Part shown: positions 13,590-26,279 of the stretch, one piece after another
Numbering within the stretch: the first letter of the stretch is position 1
Layout of the letters: every line of letters begins with the position of its first letter
From: Nemertoderma westbladi
Taxonomy: Eukaryota > Animalia > Xenacoelomorpha
Direction: 5' to 3'
NCBI GenBank assembly: GCA_032718475.1
Contig: JAUCBJ010002592.1
Span: forward strand, 1 to 49,495
DNA: 49,495 nucleotides
Notes under the pieces: model-generated
What the model saw: the letters and a program-made list of their open reading frames with translations, nothing else
What the model was told of the DNA's origin: nothing
The model's database searches: none
Translations under genes and position numbers: made by a program

Positions 13590-13850
13590 TAATAAAACAC
13601 GTTCGTGGGGCATCACGCAGCACGCGAACTTGTGCAAGTTCGAAACAAGGTCGATTTGATCTGGAGTCAAAAGTTCGAGAGGTATTTGCCCGTAACTTTA
13701 AAAAATATTGGAACTTTTTCTCTAGTATGCCAATACAAAATTTGGTTGAAAATGGTTAAAATCTTCAAAAGTTATTTACGAATGAATTTTTCATTACAGA
13801 CGGTCAGAAAAACAGACAGAGACATGCAATTTTGCCTTATTTACTAATTA
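13590..13850 (+). mobile_element. Possible non-autonomous Helentron/HINE-like insertion
   Basis: 5' hairpin GTTCGTG..CGCGAAC and 3' CAGACGGTCAG..CAGACAGAGAC microsatellite-like tract resembling DINE/HINE elements. Weak support. Confidence 0.3.
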
Positions 13851-14143
13851 TAATTGTGGGCTAAGGCTCGCCCTGACTGCGTGGCTCGGCCTACATTGGC
13901 ATTTCGGATTCCACTTTGCGTCATAGATGAATTTAGTACAATTAGAAATGCCTCATAGCATGAACATCACAGGTACAACAGACTTCCGCCGCATCATGGG
14001 GATACAGGCACATATGGAAACGTCACCTACGCCAGGGTTATGCCATGGTTATAACTTATCGCAGTTAATATCATCGCGCAGAACGATAACTAAGAGAACT
14101 ACGCAGCGCGCAGTCGGCCAGTTGTACTGATTTTGTACCAGCA

Positions 14144-14215
14144 CAGGGCCGTATTAACGGCGGGACTTTTGGGACTGCAGTCCCAGGCCCCGCGAAGGGT
14201 TTGGGGCCCCCCAGA
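14144..14215 (+). mobile_element. Solitary hAT-like MITE end
   Basis: CAGGGCCGTATTAAC..GCAGTCCCAGGCCCC..GGGGCCCCC resembles hAT non-autonomous termini. No partner end was found. Confidence 0.35.
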
Positions 14216-15924
14216 AGAAAGAAATGTCCTTACATTAAATATAATATTGTGGGAATCACGTTTGAACATACAAAGAATATCGTACCCAGATGAACAAATG
14301 CGAAATCCACATAACACATTATACTACTGAAAATATACCATACCATACCTCTCTGCCTCTCCAATTGCTCTCTGTAAACCTTGCCAAAGGGCAAGAAAGG
14401 CGGGGGAGGGGGGGGGGGTGGTCTTGGTGGTGATAATGTAACGAATATTACTAACAGTAGATAGCAGTAGGCTTACTATCAATGCTGTAACAGTGTAGAA
14501 TTGAATGTCTCCCGTCTGCAGACTTAAACATATTAAAAAAGGCAAAAGTGAGTACATTGATGTTAAAAAGGCAAAAGTGAGTACATTGACGTTATAAAGG
14601 CAAAAGTAGGTACAGAGAGGTTACTAATAATAATAAGTACTGGTAAAAAGCGGTATGCTAATAATACATGAATTAGGCCCTTTATAGTAATAGGAAAATA
14701 GGAAATTTTATAAACCGTGAACCTATCACCTAAGCAGGCAGACAGAGGATGTCTAAAAATTAAACTACACTTACTGACTTACCATACCACTACACCAACC
14801 AGTCATATTTAGTATTTACATTTACATAGTTACCTACATCGTATGCCTTGCGATGAAAGAAGAAAAATCTGTATTAGGCCAAACAGTTTCCTCCTCTTAA
14901 ACAATAGTTCTACTGCTATTCACCAATCATAAACCAGTTATCAGGCAAGTTACCAGGGAAACGAATTTTGCTATAACCGTTTTGGTTAAATGTAAACAAT
15001 GATTTACCATAAATAGTTCATGGTGAAATTGCTAGATCTTTAATGGTATAAAAATAGAGTTCAATATTGTATGTATTTTACCTTAAATACATTATATTAA
15101 ATCCCCAAAACGTATCTGGATTATTGTATGTGTTACACCATAATTTAATCGTGGTGAAAATAAATACGGCTCTTGGTATAATTGGGATTTCTGTTGAATT
15201 TTGACACATTTGTTTAAATGCAAAATAATGTAGCTAACTTTATTATATTTCTCAAATATTTTGAGGCAAAACAGTTCACTTTCAAGAAACCATTCTAGGT
15301 ATTTTACCTAGTTTAAAAAGGAACAATTTTGCCACAAATCATTTAAAAGAAAAACGCCCTTACTGTGGTGTATTGATGCACTTATGATTTTACCATAATA
15401 AATATGAAGCAAATTTTTCCATTTTTTTACAGTGTATGTGTTGTTGGGTTGGTTAAGAAGCCTAAATTATTATCCTAGTTAATAGCTGGATCTCATTCAG
15501 GGACTGTTATAATATCATCAATATTGTTGGTAATTAATATAACCAGCAACAAAAAAAACAAAAATGTTTTCACAAGTGTTTTTATAATTTCAAGGAAGTG
15601 CTAGCTAGTAAAAAAAAACACTAGCTACACCTTAATAAATAATATATAATAATGTTCTCGAACACTTACCAATAACAAAAATAAAAAAAATTACAGTATT
15701 TTTTAAAATTCAAAAAATAAACACTAGTAAATAACACTAGCTACCATAAAAAAATATCTCTACTAATGTTCTAGAACATTCACCAATATCAAAAAAGCAC
15801 TAAAAATTTGCTATCAGGAACCGGACAATTCGGTCCTGGACAATTCGGTCCCAGACTATTCGGTCCTAGGACAATTCGGTCCTAGGACAATGTCCAATGT
15901 CCGGGACTGAATTGTCCTACATCC

Positions 15925-18900
15925 ATCTCTACTGAGCCCGGGTGGTTCTAAGAGGGAGGGGACTCCACTGCTGGCCAGAGATCTTTTAATTATGTCATTG
16001 ACCATGGTATGTCTCGGATGTCGGCCTGCGCTACGCTTGCAGGAGAAACCATGCAGACCGTCTGACTCAACCTGACTACCACATAGTACACAGTTATGGG
16101 GTTCTGTAACCATGCATCCCAGGTGGGTGGCGTTGGAGAGCCGGAACTGTGTGTTGTTGAGTTTCAACCCTAGGGAAGAGGTTGGGACTGCATCTAACCA
16201 ACAACCTGCTACACTCGAGTTCAAGGAGTTTAGATGGGTGACGTCGACTGGGGTGGATGAAGAGTGGAGTCTGTTCCAAGTTTCCTCGAAGATGGGCCTC
16301 ATCCATGCGCTCTGATGGGTAGAATTGGGGGATGGAGTGGGTTCACCATCTGGGACCATCGATTTCCACTGCTCCAGTGTTTGAGATGTCATGGGGTCTA
16401 AGGGGGTCTCCTTTTGCTTGAGGAGGCGCCCTGCCAGACCAGCACTAGCAGCCGCAGAAGCCAGGAAGGTGGAAGGTGCGAGCTGTATAGCACTAGTGAG
16501 GCAGAAACCACCTATGCGGGCGGGGGAGAACAGCTTGTAACCATGCACGGTCATCGACTACGGAGTTTGCAACCTCACGGAGAGCATCTCTGATGGTTTG
16601 GTTAAACTTAGCGAGGATATCCGGTTTCGTGAAGCATGGTGCTGAGCGGAAGAAGTAGGTTAGTCTGGGAATTGAAAAATAATGTTTTAAGAGGTAGAGG
16701 TCATGGTGGGCGTCAATGTGCGGAAGCCGTTGTTAGCGTGGCCAGGATGTCAACCTCATCCTGCAGACATGTCTCAATGGCAGCATCACCAATCGTGGCA
16801 CCCAACATCATTAGTTCACCCAGGGGGAGAGTCTTCTTCCTAGAACAAACATCTTGGAACGCGTTTTGGATGGCAGTCTGTGTTTCCTCTGACTCAGCAC
16901 CAAGGAAAAAGAGCTCGCACTTGGAAGGTTTGATCTCGAGACCACACTTCGATCCCTCGGAGATTATACGCTTGAGGTCATTGGGGACTACCCGGAAGTC
17001 ACCGCCGAGGTTGCCATCATCGAGGTACCAGATATTAATCCTGGAATCAAGAGACTGTATGAATGTGTTGATGGTGTCCCCTAATGACTTTGGCCGATCC
17101 GTATCTGCCTGTTGGACACCTTCATCTGAGAGGATGATGTCCTCTGACCTACAGTTCAAGAGGAAGCTCGGCTCACCATATGCAGACAGGGTGTAATTGT
17201 ACATTGTAGGGTAAGTCTGGTAGAGGGTCTCTAGCATGGTTTTCACGGCGGATGGAGTTGAAGGCATTAGCAGAGTCAATTTTTAAGAGGACAGTTCCCA
17301 GCTCATTTGGAGACTCCACCAAGATTCTCGCCGCATGGGCGGCTGCCTCGGCCCCACCTTTGGTGCCGATGCCGAGCTGGACTGCACAGAATGATTTCAT
17401 CCGCTCGCTCTTTACTAATGTCCCGGCGAACTTCGCAGTTAAACGATGCAGGGTCAAACCTACAGCTATGGGGCGAATTCCTCCTGAATTCTTGGTGAAG
17501 GTGAACAGGTTCGCACTAAAAAATATTGGCCTCACACACTGAGGAACCTCACCGGCGATTATGATGTCAATGAAGCGGCATAGGCTAGCGACTAACCGTA
17601 TCCCTGCATCACCATTCGTTGGTCCTATTAGTTCTTTAAAGACTTGTGGCCCAATACCATCTGGGCCTCCCGCACTTCCACTGGGGAATGAGAGGAGCAG
17701 CTCACGGACAACATTGGCAGAGACCGTGATGGGAGGTGCAGGTACCCGTCTATCTGCTGGATGGCTTGGCTTAGGCGCACTGAGTCAAGTGTCTCCGTTG
17801 TGTTTGGTGCTAAGAAGTCCATGGAGGAGGCGATTCTGATAGCCCCTTTGATGTCCCCATCCTCAATTTTCTCAGCGACAGTGGTAGTGAGTCGGGGGGT
17901 GTCTCCCTGGGGGTGTTTGTCCCTGCGTGATGGTGGGCGAGGCTGGGTGAGTGATGGGTCTTGTTGATCGTTCCGGAATGTTTGGATCCTCTGGTTGACC
18001 TGCGAGGCAAGGGAACGCTGGTGGTGTTTTCCACTCCTGGATGGGGCAGGCAAACATTTGTGGCCTACCTGAAGCAACTGGACCCAACCCCCGACATGTG
18101 ATAGCTTAGTGGCTATGGAGGACAGGGTATCCGATAGAAGCTCCGCGAGGTTGTTTCTCGCACCCTTCGGTACTTGCCTCAGCTGTTTTGAACAACTACC
18201 GAGTAGTTGATCAAGCACCTCCTTTGGATTGGTAATGGGGGCTGATGGGTTGAACTGCTGAGGCAAAGGGGTAGTTGAGGAGCTGAGGGCTGGTTTCTTC
18301 CCCCCCCCCCCCCCCCTGGACACCTGGAATTGAATGGCCCATGGACTCGGAGGAGACCATTTGAGTTCACAGAAACTCATTTCTGGCACTCCGGGCAATG
18401 CGGGTGTGGTACCTCAGGACACGACGCAGAGGCTTTCGTGATGCTTGGAGTAGCGGGGATCTCTAAGACTCGCGGTGATTCCCCCTTTGGAAGGGGGGAG
18501 GAACTTGGGGAGGTTCCTATGCATAACACTGACGACTCTATTTCTCGGAGAAGGCGCTCCCGAAATGCCTGGATGGTGGAGTCAATGATTCCCCGTGTTG
18601 AACCTCCCTCTATGCACACCTTAGCAAAGCAGCAGACGTAAACTCCGCAGTGGTGGGAGTTGTATTGTCTCCTTGAGGGTGGATCTACTGTGACGTTGGG
18701 GATTGGAACGTTCAGCCTCCCTGCCTCCAGGGATGCCTACTCGATGATGGAGCGGGAAACTGAGTCATTTGCTCCCCCCATTGAGTCGAAGAAACAAAGA
18801 CGGGACTTTTTCGGGTGGTGGGTTGCGAGTACCCAGTGGCAGCGGTTCAGGATGGGGAATATGATTGTGTCTAGTGCGAAAATGTTGCAGTTCCTTGTCC

Positions 18901-19168
18901 AATGCTGAACTGCTTTATACCCCCCAGTGGGAGGTGCATATAGCTCATGGAAGTGGTGGCTGAAAATCCTGACATTCTCCCTCCCGCTGGCGAATGATGA
19001 ATGGATAGCATGTATCATATTGTCAGTAAGCCACGCCACGCCAAGCCACGCCACATCCCGTTGGGTTATGGATACCCCGGCATAGGTGTAAGTTTCCTCA
19101 GCTGGGGCCGGGACATCTGAGACCAGGATAGACTCGGATAGTATGACGAGACTGTCATCGGACTCCAT
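15925..19168 (-). mobile_element. CRE-clade non-LTR retrotransposon, 5' part: Ulp1 protease, zinc finger, RT, CCHC finger (pseudogenised)
   Basis: GPDG, GGIRPIAVG..RL, QLGIG..GAEA, KIDSANAFNS, GVQQ, WYLDDG, WLDAVP, C..C..GLHGFSC..GRHPRH and EPPGLSRDG, with many frameshifts. Confidence 0.85.
18610..19168 (-). pseudogene. Ulp1/SENP (peptidase C48) domain at the N-terminus of the CRE ORF
   Basis: WLTDNMI..IIFPILNRCHWVL..CFFDSMG, then after one TAG in the same frame RQYNSHHCGVYVC, giving the H-D-C triad and oxyanion Q. Confidence 0.8.
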
Positions 19169-19820
19169 ATTTGACCAGCCCAAAACGAGTTGAATATTGA
19201 ATGTTGAACTGATTTTAATATTTATCACTGAATATATATTATAATATTTATTTATAATATTATCACTGACTAATATTTGAAACTGCAATAATAGCTTAAT
19301 AATTTAATGCTTTATAATAATGCTTAATAATTTAATAATGCTTTAAAATAGTGTTATTAAAAGAAACAATCCAGAAGAACACTATGCAAAATATTAGTAT
19401 ATGTAGTGAACTAAATGTAATTCATTAAACTGTGTAAAACTGTGTATTTTAATAAAATATATACTTTTTTAAGCTAGTACTAAAATAGCTACTTGTTTTT
19501 TTCTAAATTTTCTACATTATTTTCAATAAATAAATGAAGAAATGAAGAATTCTGTAATTGTTTATCGAGTTTTGTAATCTTTAATTGTTTAGTGCCTTTT
19601 GTATACTGTACTTTGTTTTGTTTATTGTTGATTTATTTTGTTTGTACTGTCTATATTGTTAATGAAATATTTATAATTTGCCTAATTGTCTTATTGTTGC
19701 TAATTGACAATTGTAATTGAATTTATGCCTAATTGATATAATTAAAATTCCAATTATTTAATTGTTACTGAAATTTGATTAATAACAATTGAATTTGGAA
19801 GAATTGGGAAGAATTAAAAA

Positions 19821-20545
19821 AGGCCTCATAATCCAAAGACATATAATGAACTCCGTGATGTTGTTGGGGATCTGGCCTCTCTAGCATTTGGACCACGAAA
19901 CGTGACAGTCGGAACCCATAGTCAGAGACCAGCCTGGAGTAAGTGAAGAGGCAGGACTTTGGTGTGATGTAGGAGTTCCAGGGGCATTCAACCCGCGGAC
20001 TCAGGCGTTGTAAGATATCAAGGTCGTAAACCTTGACGCCGAGTCGTATGCGGGACGCCCTCCAATGAGGGTCCTAGAATCTTCGGAGGATGCTAAAACC
20101 GCACAATATGCGGAACCAGCGAGAGAGAGGAGAGCGGACTTTGCACACTTTGTAGTCATTTGCAATTGAGTTCTGGCACCGCAGGCCAACAACCTCCTGA
20201 GGATCTTCGCTGATAGGTTACACCACAACTGGGACAGACCTTACAGCACCGTCATGGAGTGGGTTCGCTGCTGTGTGCAGTTCGCCATAGTTCGAGGGGC
20301 TTCTCACTGCATCGGGGGGTCTAGGGTAAAGTGGCTCAGTGGTCTGGGTACTGAGGATGGAGCTGAATTGCCGATCATTCGACTCGTCTGACTCAGTAAA
20401 TTGAATCTGTAAACTATGTAATGTGTTGTGCTTTCTCTTATTTGTATCTGTGCTAGTCTTTTTGGAATTATAGTGACTGTAGGTTCTTGTAAAATTCTCA
20501 GTGTATAATATTAATTGTAATTTCTGCTTTATATTATATTATTGT
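19821..20545 (+). mobile_element. 5'-truncated second CRE-type (CRE-II-like) element: RLE fragment and 3' UTR
   Basis: GLIIQRH/NELRDVVGDL, DIKVVNLDAESY, K..Y, HNWDRPYSTVMEWVRCCVQFAIVRGASHCIGGSR; coding ends at ~20390. Confidence 0.7.
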
Positions 20546-20977
20546 TAAAGCCATTTCATTGTACTAAACGGGGGTCTGGGGGCGGCTATGACGCGCCATT
20601 AACGCCAAAAGGTCAGCAATAATATTAAAGGTTTTTCAAAGAATATTAGAGAATTTCAAAACATATTTTCGGCTAAAATAATTTGTTACATTTTTTCAGG
20701 TCTTCCATTCTGCCATTTTCGGCCGAAATATTTTATTACATTTTTTCAGCTCTCCAATTTGATGTCATTTTCGGCTGAAATTTCGGCAAAAATCTCGACC
20801 AAAATATTTTATTACATTTTCAGCTCTTTCATTTGATGAAATATTTCGTGATTTCCCAAGTTTGGAGGGCAAATTGAAATGATAATTGAAGTACGTATTT
20901 TGTTGCTTAGAATCTTGTTTCCTGAACATTTTCATCATCAGGCGGTACTGCGTTACTCATCAATTCGTTGTATTGCA

Positions 20978-22110
20978 ATGAAACCACCCCTTGCGAATAG
21001 TACTGGTGGAAGACTTCGATATATTATTACCGATGATCAGATAAGTTACCTTCACAAGTGTAAGTTTACTCAACAAGATATATCGCGTATATTTGGAGTT
21101 CCTGTATAAACTGTTAGTCGCCGTTGTAACAGTTTCAGCCTGTTGAACCTGAGATTCACTGCAATCAATGACAACGATCTAGACAACAAAATTAAAGGGA
21201 TTTTGGAAAATACTCCTAACATTGGTGAGGTTTACTTGCGGGGTGCTCTCGAAGCCAATGCCATCAGTATACAGCAGTGGCGGGTTCGTCAACGACTCAA
21301 TATAATTGATCCTATAGGTTGTATTATGCGTCGAAGAACCGCCATTAAGCGCAGAGTTTACAATGTAAATTAAGCTAACAGCCTCTGGCATGTAGATACT
21401 AACCACAAACTCATTAATTGGAGGTTGGTTTTCCATGGAATTGTTGATGGATATAGCCGCTTAATAGTTGGTCTTTGTGTAACCAATAGCAACACTGCAA
21501 GAGACACATACTCAAACTTTAATTCAGCTGTCAATAATTACGGCACCCCAAGTCGTGTTAGAGGCGATAAAGGTTCTGAGTACTTTGATATAGCACGGCA
21601 TATGTTGATGCAGAAAGGACTCAGGCAGGGAAGTTTTATTGCGGGTTCTAGTGTTCACAATACACGAATTGAACGCCTTTAGTCAGAACTTAATAAAGTT
21701 GTCACCAGACCGTACAAGGCTATATTTAAGAGAATGGAATGGGAGGAGACTTTCATTTGCAACAACGAAAAGCACATGTATGCTTTACGCTTTACATTTA
21801 AGAAAAGGATTACGAGATCCATCAATGACCACGACCATAACCACGGTTTAAGCACTGTCCACAATAAGACGCCAAACCAGCTATGGTTGGAAAGTATACT
21901 GGTAAATAGATATCCAGAACTTGATTCACTGCCTATTATTGCTGACTATGGGGTTGAAGACACGGATAATAGCAGCGATACTGAACTCAAGACTGAAATT
22001 CGGGTACCAGATATACAACTAGACTGCAACTAGACTTGATTAATCCACTCAGAAATGATGGAAACTTTGGAATAACTATTTTCAATGAAGTTCTTGCAAT
22101 ACTAAATTAA
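20978..22110 (+). pseudogene. IS3/IS481-like integrase-core DDE transposase
   Basis: HTH (QQDISRIFGV), SLWHVDTNHKL..HGIVDGYSR, PSRVRGDKGSE, GSSVHNTRIERL, NHGLST..KTPNQLW. Several premature stops. Confidence 0.85.
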
Positions 22111-22359
22111 TCGATCCTAAATTTACTTTTAAAATTAGGGGCCACGCGTAAATGATGTTATACTATTTCTGGCAATTTTTGACACCCCCTCCCCACCTCT
22201 GTCACAGTTTTAAATAGAATCCAGATTTTTTATAAAAAAATGTTCTAGAACATAATTTTTTTAAAAATGAATAGCTAAAAAGTAACATGTTCTGGAATAT
22301 TTTCTATACAAATAGTAATAAGTTTTGCATTTGTAAAATGTATTTTGTTACATTATGTC

Positions 22360-23899
22360 AACTTAACAACGTTCTGGTGAATCACTTGCAACGCTGAAAG
22401 TACTACTTTGCAGCTTTGCGGCCTATTCCCCAACTTCTTCTTCTGAGACTTCGTCTTTCGAACGTAGTTTTTCAACGTCCTCGATGTCACTAGAACACAG
22501 AAAATCAAACAATGATTATCGCTTCAAATTCCTTACCAAATCACTCCCGAAGTATATATTCTTGACAAATACTTTAGACAGCTGAATAGGCCAATATCCT
22601 TCATTCACAAAACCATAGTATAAAACTCTACCGATCGATGTCCACGCTTCTTCTTGCCAATCATGGCGAATTTTAAAAATATCAGCCGAGTTCCCTATGG
22701 TACCTTTCATGAACATATTCCAAAAAAGGGTCAAGAGCTCTTTAGTAAGACCTCTATCATCTATCCCATCCTCACCTTGAAAGCTAATAAAAAGGGTCCT
22801 CTTAAGGATGTCTTCATCCTTGAACAGATCAATAACTTCCTGAAAAACTGTATTTTGATTGATCTTTACAAATAATTTCAGCTTAACTGGAAGATCAACT
22901 TCATTGCTGAAATATCAGGAATGCAGGTCGGCCAAAGCAGGTCGTGAACTGGGGTTCAAAATTTCAACATTCTCGTCTATTGCTTCATCCTCGTCGCCAT
23001 TTTCAATTGTTACATCCTCCTCGGGCTCGCCAGCTTCGATTGGTACTGGTTCCGGTACATCCATACCCATAAAAAAAAAAAAAAAAAATGTCACCCATGT
23101 CGGGGTCGCCAACTGAAAAGCGATAACAAAACGGACGAGTAACATGGCGCCGTGCGTGGTCGCAACTGTCATTGTTCATTAACTACCGGCACCGGTACAA
23201 TCCTCTGCGAGTTTATTTTGAGAGATTCTGCCAATTCTCTATTCTGATAGCAGACTAAGCAATAAACAGAATCCATAAACTCAACAGCTCCAGAACTTCG
23301 TCCACAACTGCACAACGCCCCATTTACACCTCCTCCAGCACCATCAGATTTAGCGACTGAACTAATAGAATCGTCGAGTCGGCCAACTTCTCGGTTTCGG
23401 TAGTTCCCAAACTGTCGAACTCAATGCTAGGGCACAAAAAATAGAGTACCTTCTTCCCAGCGCGTTTAAAAGGGATATATGTTTTCAATCCGCTTAAACT
23501 TTGATCCTTGGAAAGATTCGTAGCTACCAACTTTTTATGACAACCTTCAACGATGTCGACGTATTGATGTTGATGTTAACTTTTAGTTTAAAATCGAACT
23601 CACCTCTTAAGTTTATCAAGAACTTCTTCGTTCGACATGGACTTCTTCATCTTTATCTCATTAATGAGATAACCAGCTCCAACTAATTCCGAACGAGCAG
23701 ACTGTAGCAGAATACAACTTCCAAGGCTAAACCCATTTGGGAGAAGCATCGCATCAATAGTAAAATAATCGGAATAAACTTTCTTAGCTGACATTCTGGG
23801 CAGACCATGAGGACCACGCACAGTTTTAAAATTTCGTTTTAAAATTTCCGACAGCTTCTCATTTACTTTTCCGATAACTTTTCTATCATTGGGATCCAT
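22360..23899 (-). pseudogene. IS3EU ORF2, HECT E3 ubiquitin-ligase-like (G2E3-like) protein, truncated
   Basis: FISFQGEDGIDDRGLTKELL/TLFW..RHDWQEEAWTSIGRVLYYGF..YWPIQLS resembles the HECT N-lobe. The C-lobe with the catalytic Cys is not seen. Confidence 0.55.
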
Positions 23900-24943
23900 T
23901 AAAACTTAATATACCGGTATCACAGTCACAGAATCTGAGAATGGTAGAATGCTGGAATAGTATCACATAACGCTGAAACGGTACCAGTAGCTTACCACAG
24001 TCTGACAGTACCTGATTACGGCACCATGTAGAATTATTATGTCTACAGTACGGTACCTGTATCGGTACTGGCTGATGGAGTAACATAAATTTCGGTCCAG
24101 ATTTCGGCCGAAATTTCAGCCGAAAATGTCATCAAATGGAAGAGCTGAAAATGTAACAAAATATTTCGGCCGAAATTTCGGCCAAAAATATGTTTTGAAA
24201 TTCTCTAATATTCTTTTTAAAACCTTTAATATTATTGCTGACCTTTTGGCGTTAACGGCGCCTCATAGGCGGCAGCTCCCAATAAAAAATAACAAAATGA
24301 AGATAAAAAAGTAGGTCTACTTATAAAATTATTTTTTATTCTGATTTTTTCCAGAAATTTTCCCAAGGAAACCGTCTTTTCTCACAGACACCGGGTAGTA
24401 ACGAAATTGTAAAAAAAAGTGCCCTGTACAGTTACAGTATATAAAATTCAACTGGACCACCACACATATTGAACCTAGTTTGTTATCCTGCATCTAAACT
24501 CAATAATCCTTATACTGTATCTACTGTATAACGTATTACGATACCAGTACTATGGTAGCCGTAGCAATTTATTATTTGGAATTCCTTTTTCAGTATTAAT
24601 GTATTAATTATAAGGTACATACAATAAGAGACTCTGTGGGTTGAGTTGCGATATAAGGTGGCGGTAAATTCAAACAGGTAGATAGTTAGGGTGGAACGAC
24701 TGAGTAGGCCTACCGGTGGTGGTGTATTGAGTGCAGGAGGTAATATAAACCTGATTCTGGAGTAGTGTGTGATTATTGATATTAATGATATTACGATTGA
24801 TATTACTTATTATATCTTATACAGTATGCTGTTGAACATGACTAAAATTATTTTTAAAAACTAATTTTAATTTGTTCATTGAACCACTATCTTCGTTGGG
24901 AAAAGTTAACCCCAATGTTCAAAATACAATTATTGCTGCAATC

Positions 24944-26214
24944 TGTAAAAGCTTCTGTGGGATATAACTGGCCCCTTTGCTTCGCAATCCAGTTTCCCCC
25001 CAGGCGCTGGAATACTCTAAAAAGGTTCTCTAACTGTATATATATTCCCCTCGCCCGCAAGGTACCGTTACAGGTGTTTTAACGGACATAAAAGTCATTC
25101 TTCTATATACGTGCTTTGGCGGACATGGTAAGGCAAAAAAACTGCAATGCACCAAATACCTTTACACAGCTTGGCCTTGATGATTCAGATTTCGACATCT
25201 AGCAGCTGGTTGCTGGCATGGAAACAGCCATTGGACGCATGGTTCTTTGTTTGGCTTGAGCCAATCAGAGCGATTTTTTCTGTCGACGTGTAGATATTCG
25301 GCCGATGATACTAGGAGTGTTGAGTCTTACTGTTTTTTAGTGATACCATTGTGTTGTTGCTATCTAGGCCAGGAACACCGGCTCTAGAGTCAATTCGTTT
25401 TCATACTTTAGAAGAAACATTAGTAGGCTTAAATTATAGAGCGTATAACTGTTATCTTGTCACATCATATATCATTCATATCAACTTATCTCAACTAAGT
25501 CTTACATTATCGGTTCAACATACATTATTATACTGCTATTTACTGTTGTTTGGTTGAATATTATTTGGAGAATATTTATAAAGAACCTAAATTTCCCAAT
25601 TTTCTTGATACACTAAAGGTTAGAGAGACGGGTTATATATAGCGATTGCGACTTATATTATTGTGGTTTGTAGTGAATTTAATGCTATTTGATAAGCACT
25701 ACATGAGTCCGTTGCTGTTCTCTTTATATATGATAAAATTTATTGACGGTCGGCAAATTAGTGAGCAGTATTGTGTGTTACCGGTAGTGTGCCTGATTGT
25801 GATTGATAACTAAGCATTTCCTAAAGAATGCGCCTCATACGTGAATCATAAGCCTTACCGACTTGCCGTTGTGATTAGTATAAGTCATATCTCTGTTTAC
25901 CTAGATAGAGCGCCACGTCCTAAAAGGAACTGTTAATATTTCCCGAAAGTGAATAATATTAGTCAGAAATTATTTATTAACGATCAATCGAATAATACAA
26001 TACAGTAAGCTTACACTGCAATAATAATCTAAGCCCTCAGAATCCAGTCTCCCGGGTATATCCAGCGGGTGAATGGACGCGCACTAGGCTGGCTTCTGCT
26101 AATGTTGTGTTTATTGGTATTAAATATTTGTAATCTTCTAAAGTCTATTTATAAACCAAAAGACATATAAATTTTGGCAGGTTAAACTGCTAAAGGTCTT
26201 CAAAAGCGCGTACA
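24944..26214 (+). repeat. 5' LTR
   Basis: TGTAAAAGCTTC..GCGCGTACA, near-identical to 33897-35168. CCAAT box at ~25261. Confidence 0.95.
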
Positions 26215-26279
26215 ATAACAGTTATTGACTTTATTGCAGTAAGCAATAAAGTAGAAAGTACCAGTCGACCGGTAAACCT

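Larger units (their letters stand above)
7186..15434 (-). mobile_element. EnSpm/CACTA DNA transposon (animal CACTG type), full length but decayed
   Basis: TIRs CACTGTAAAAAAAAT (7186) and ATTTTTTTACAGTG (ends 15434), with TA on both sides (2-bp TSD). Encodes a transposase and an ORF2. Confidence 0.9.
6664..15924. mobile_element. Non-autonomous Mutator/MULE-like foldback element (contains the nested EnSpm)
   Basis: Termini GGAAGCAGGACAATT and AATTGTCCTACATCC are inverted. Flanking 9-mers are ATCTCTACA (6655-6663) and ATCTCTACT (15925-15933). Arms are built from 15-bp repeats, with extra internal inverted repeats at ~6955-7030 and ~15600-15665. Confidence 0.7.
20587..24267. mobile_element. IS3EU-type eukaryotic DNA transposon
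   Basis: Termini TATGACGCGCCATTAACGCCAAAAGGTCAGC.. and ..GCTGACCTTTTGGCGTTAACGGCGCCTCATA. ~90-bp TIRs plus TTTCGGCCGAAA subterminal repeats. Exact 6-bp TSD GGCGGC (20581-20586, 24268-24273). Two convergent ORFs. Confidence 0.85.

Noticed and set aside
22136-22210. Harbinger/Tourist-like MITE end inside the IS3EU element
   Set aside because: Only one weak terminus; no partner TIR or TSD.
25351-25557. 68-aa ORF repeated at 34305-34511
   Set aside because: It is duplicated only because it lies in the LTRs; no protein motif.
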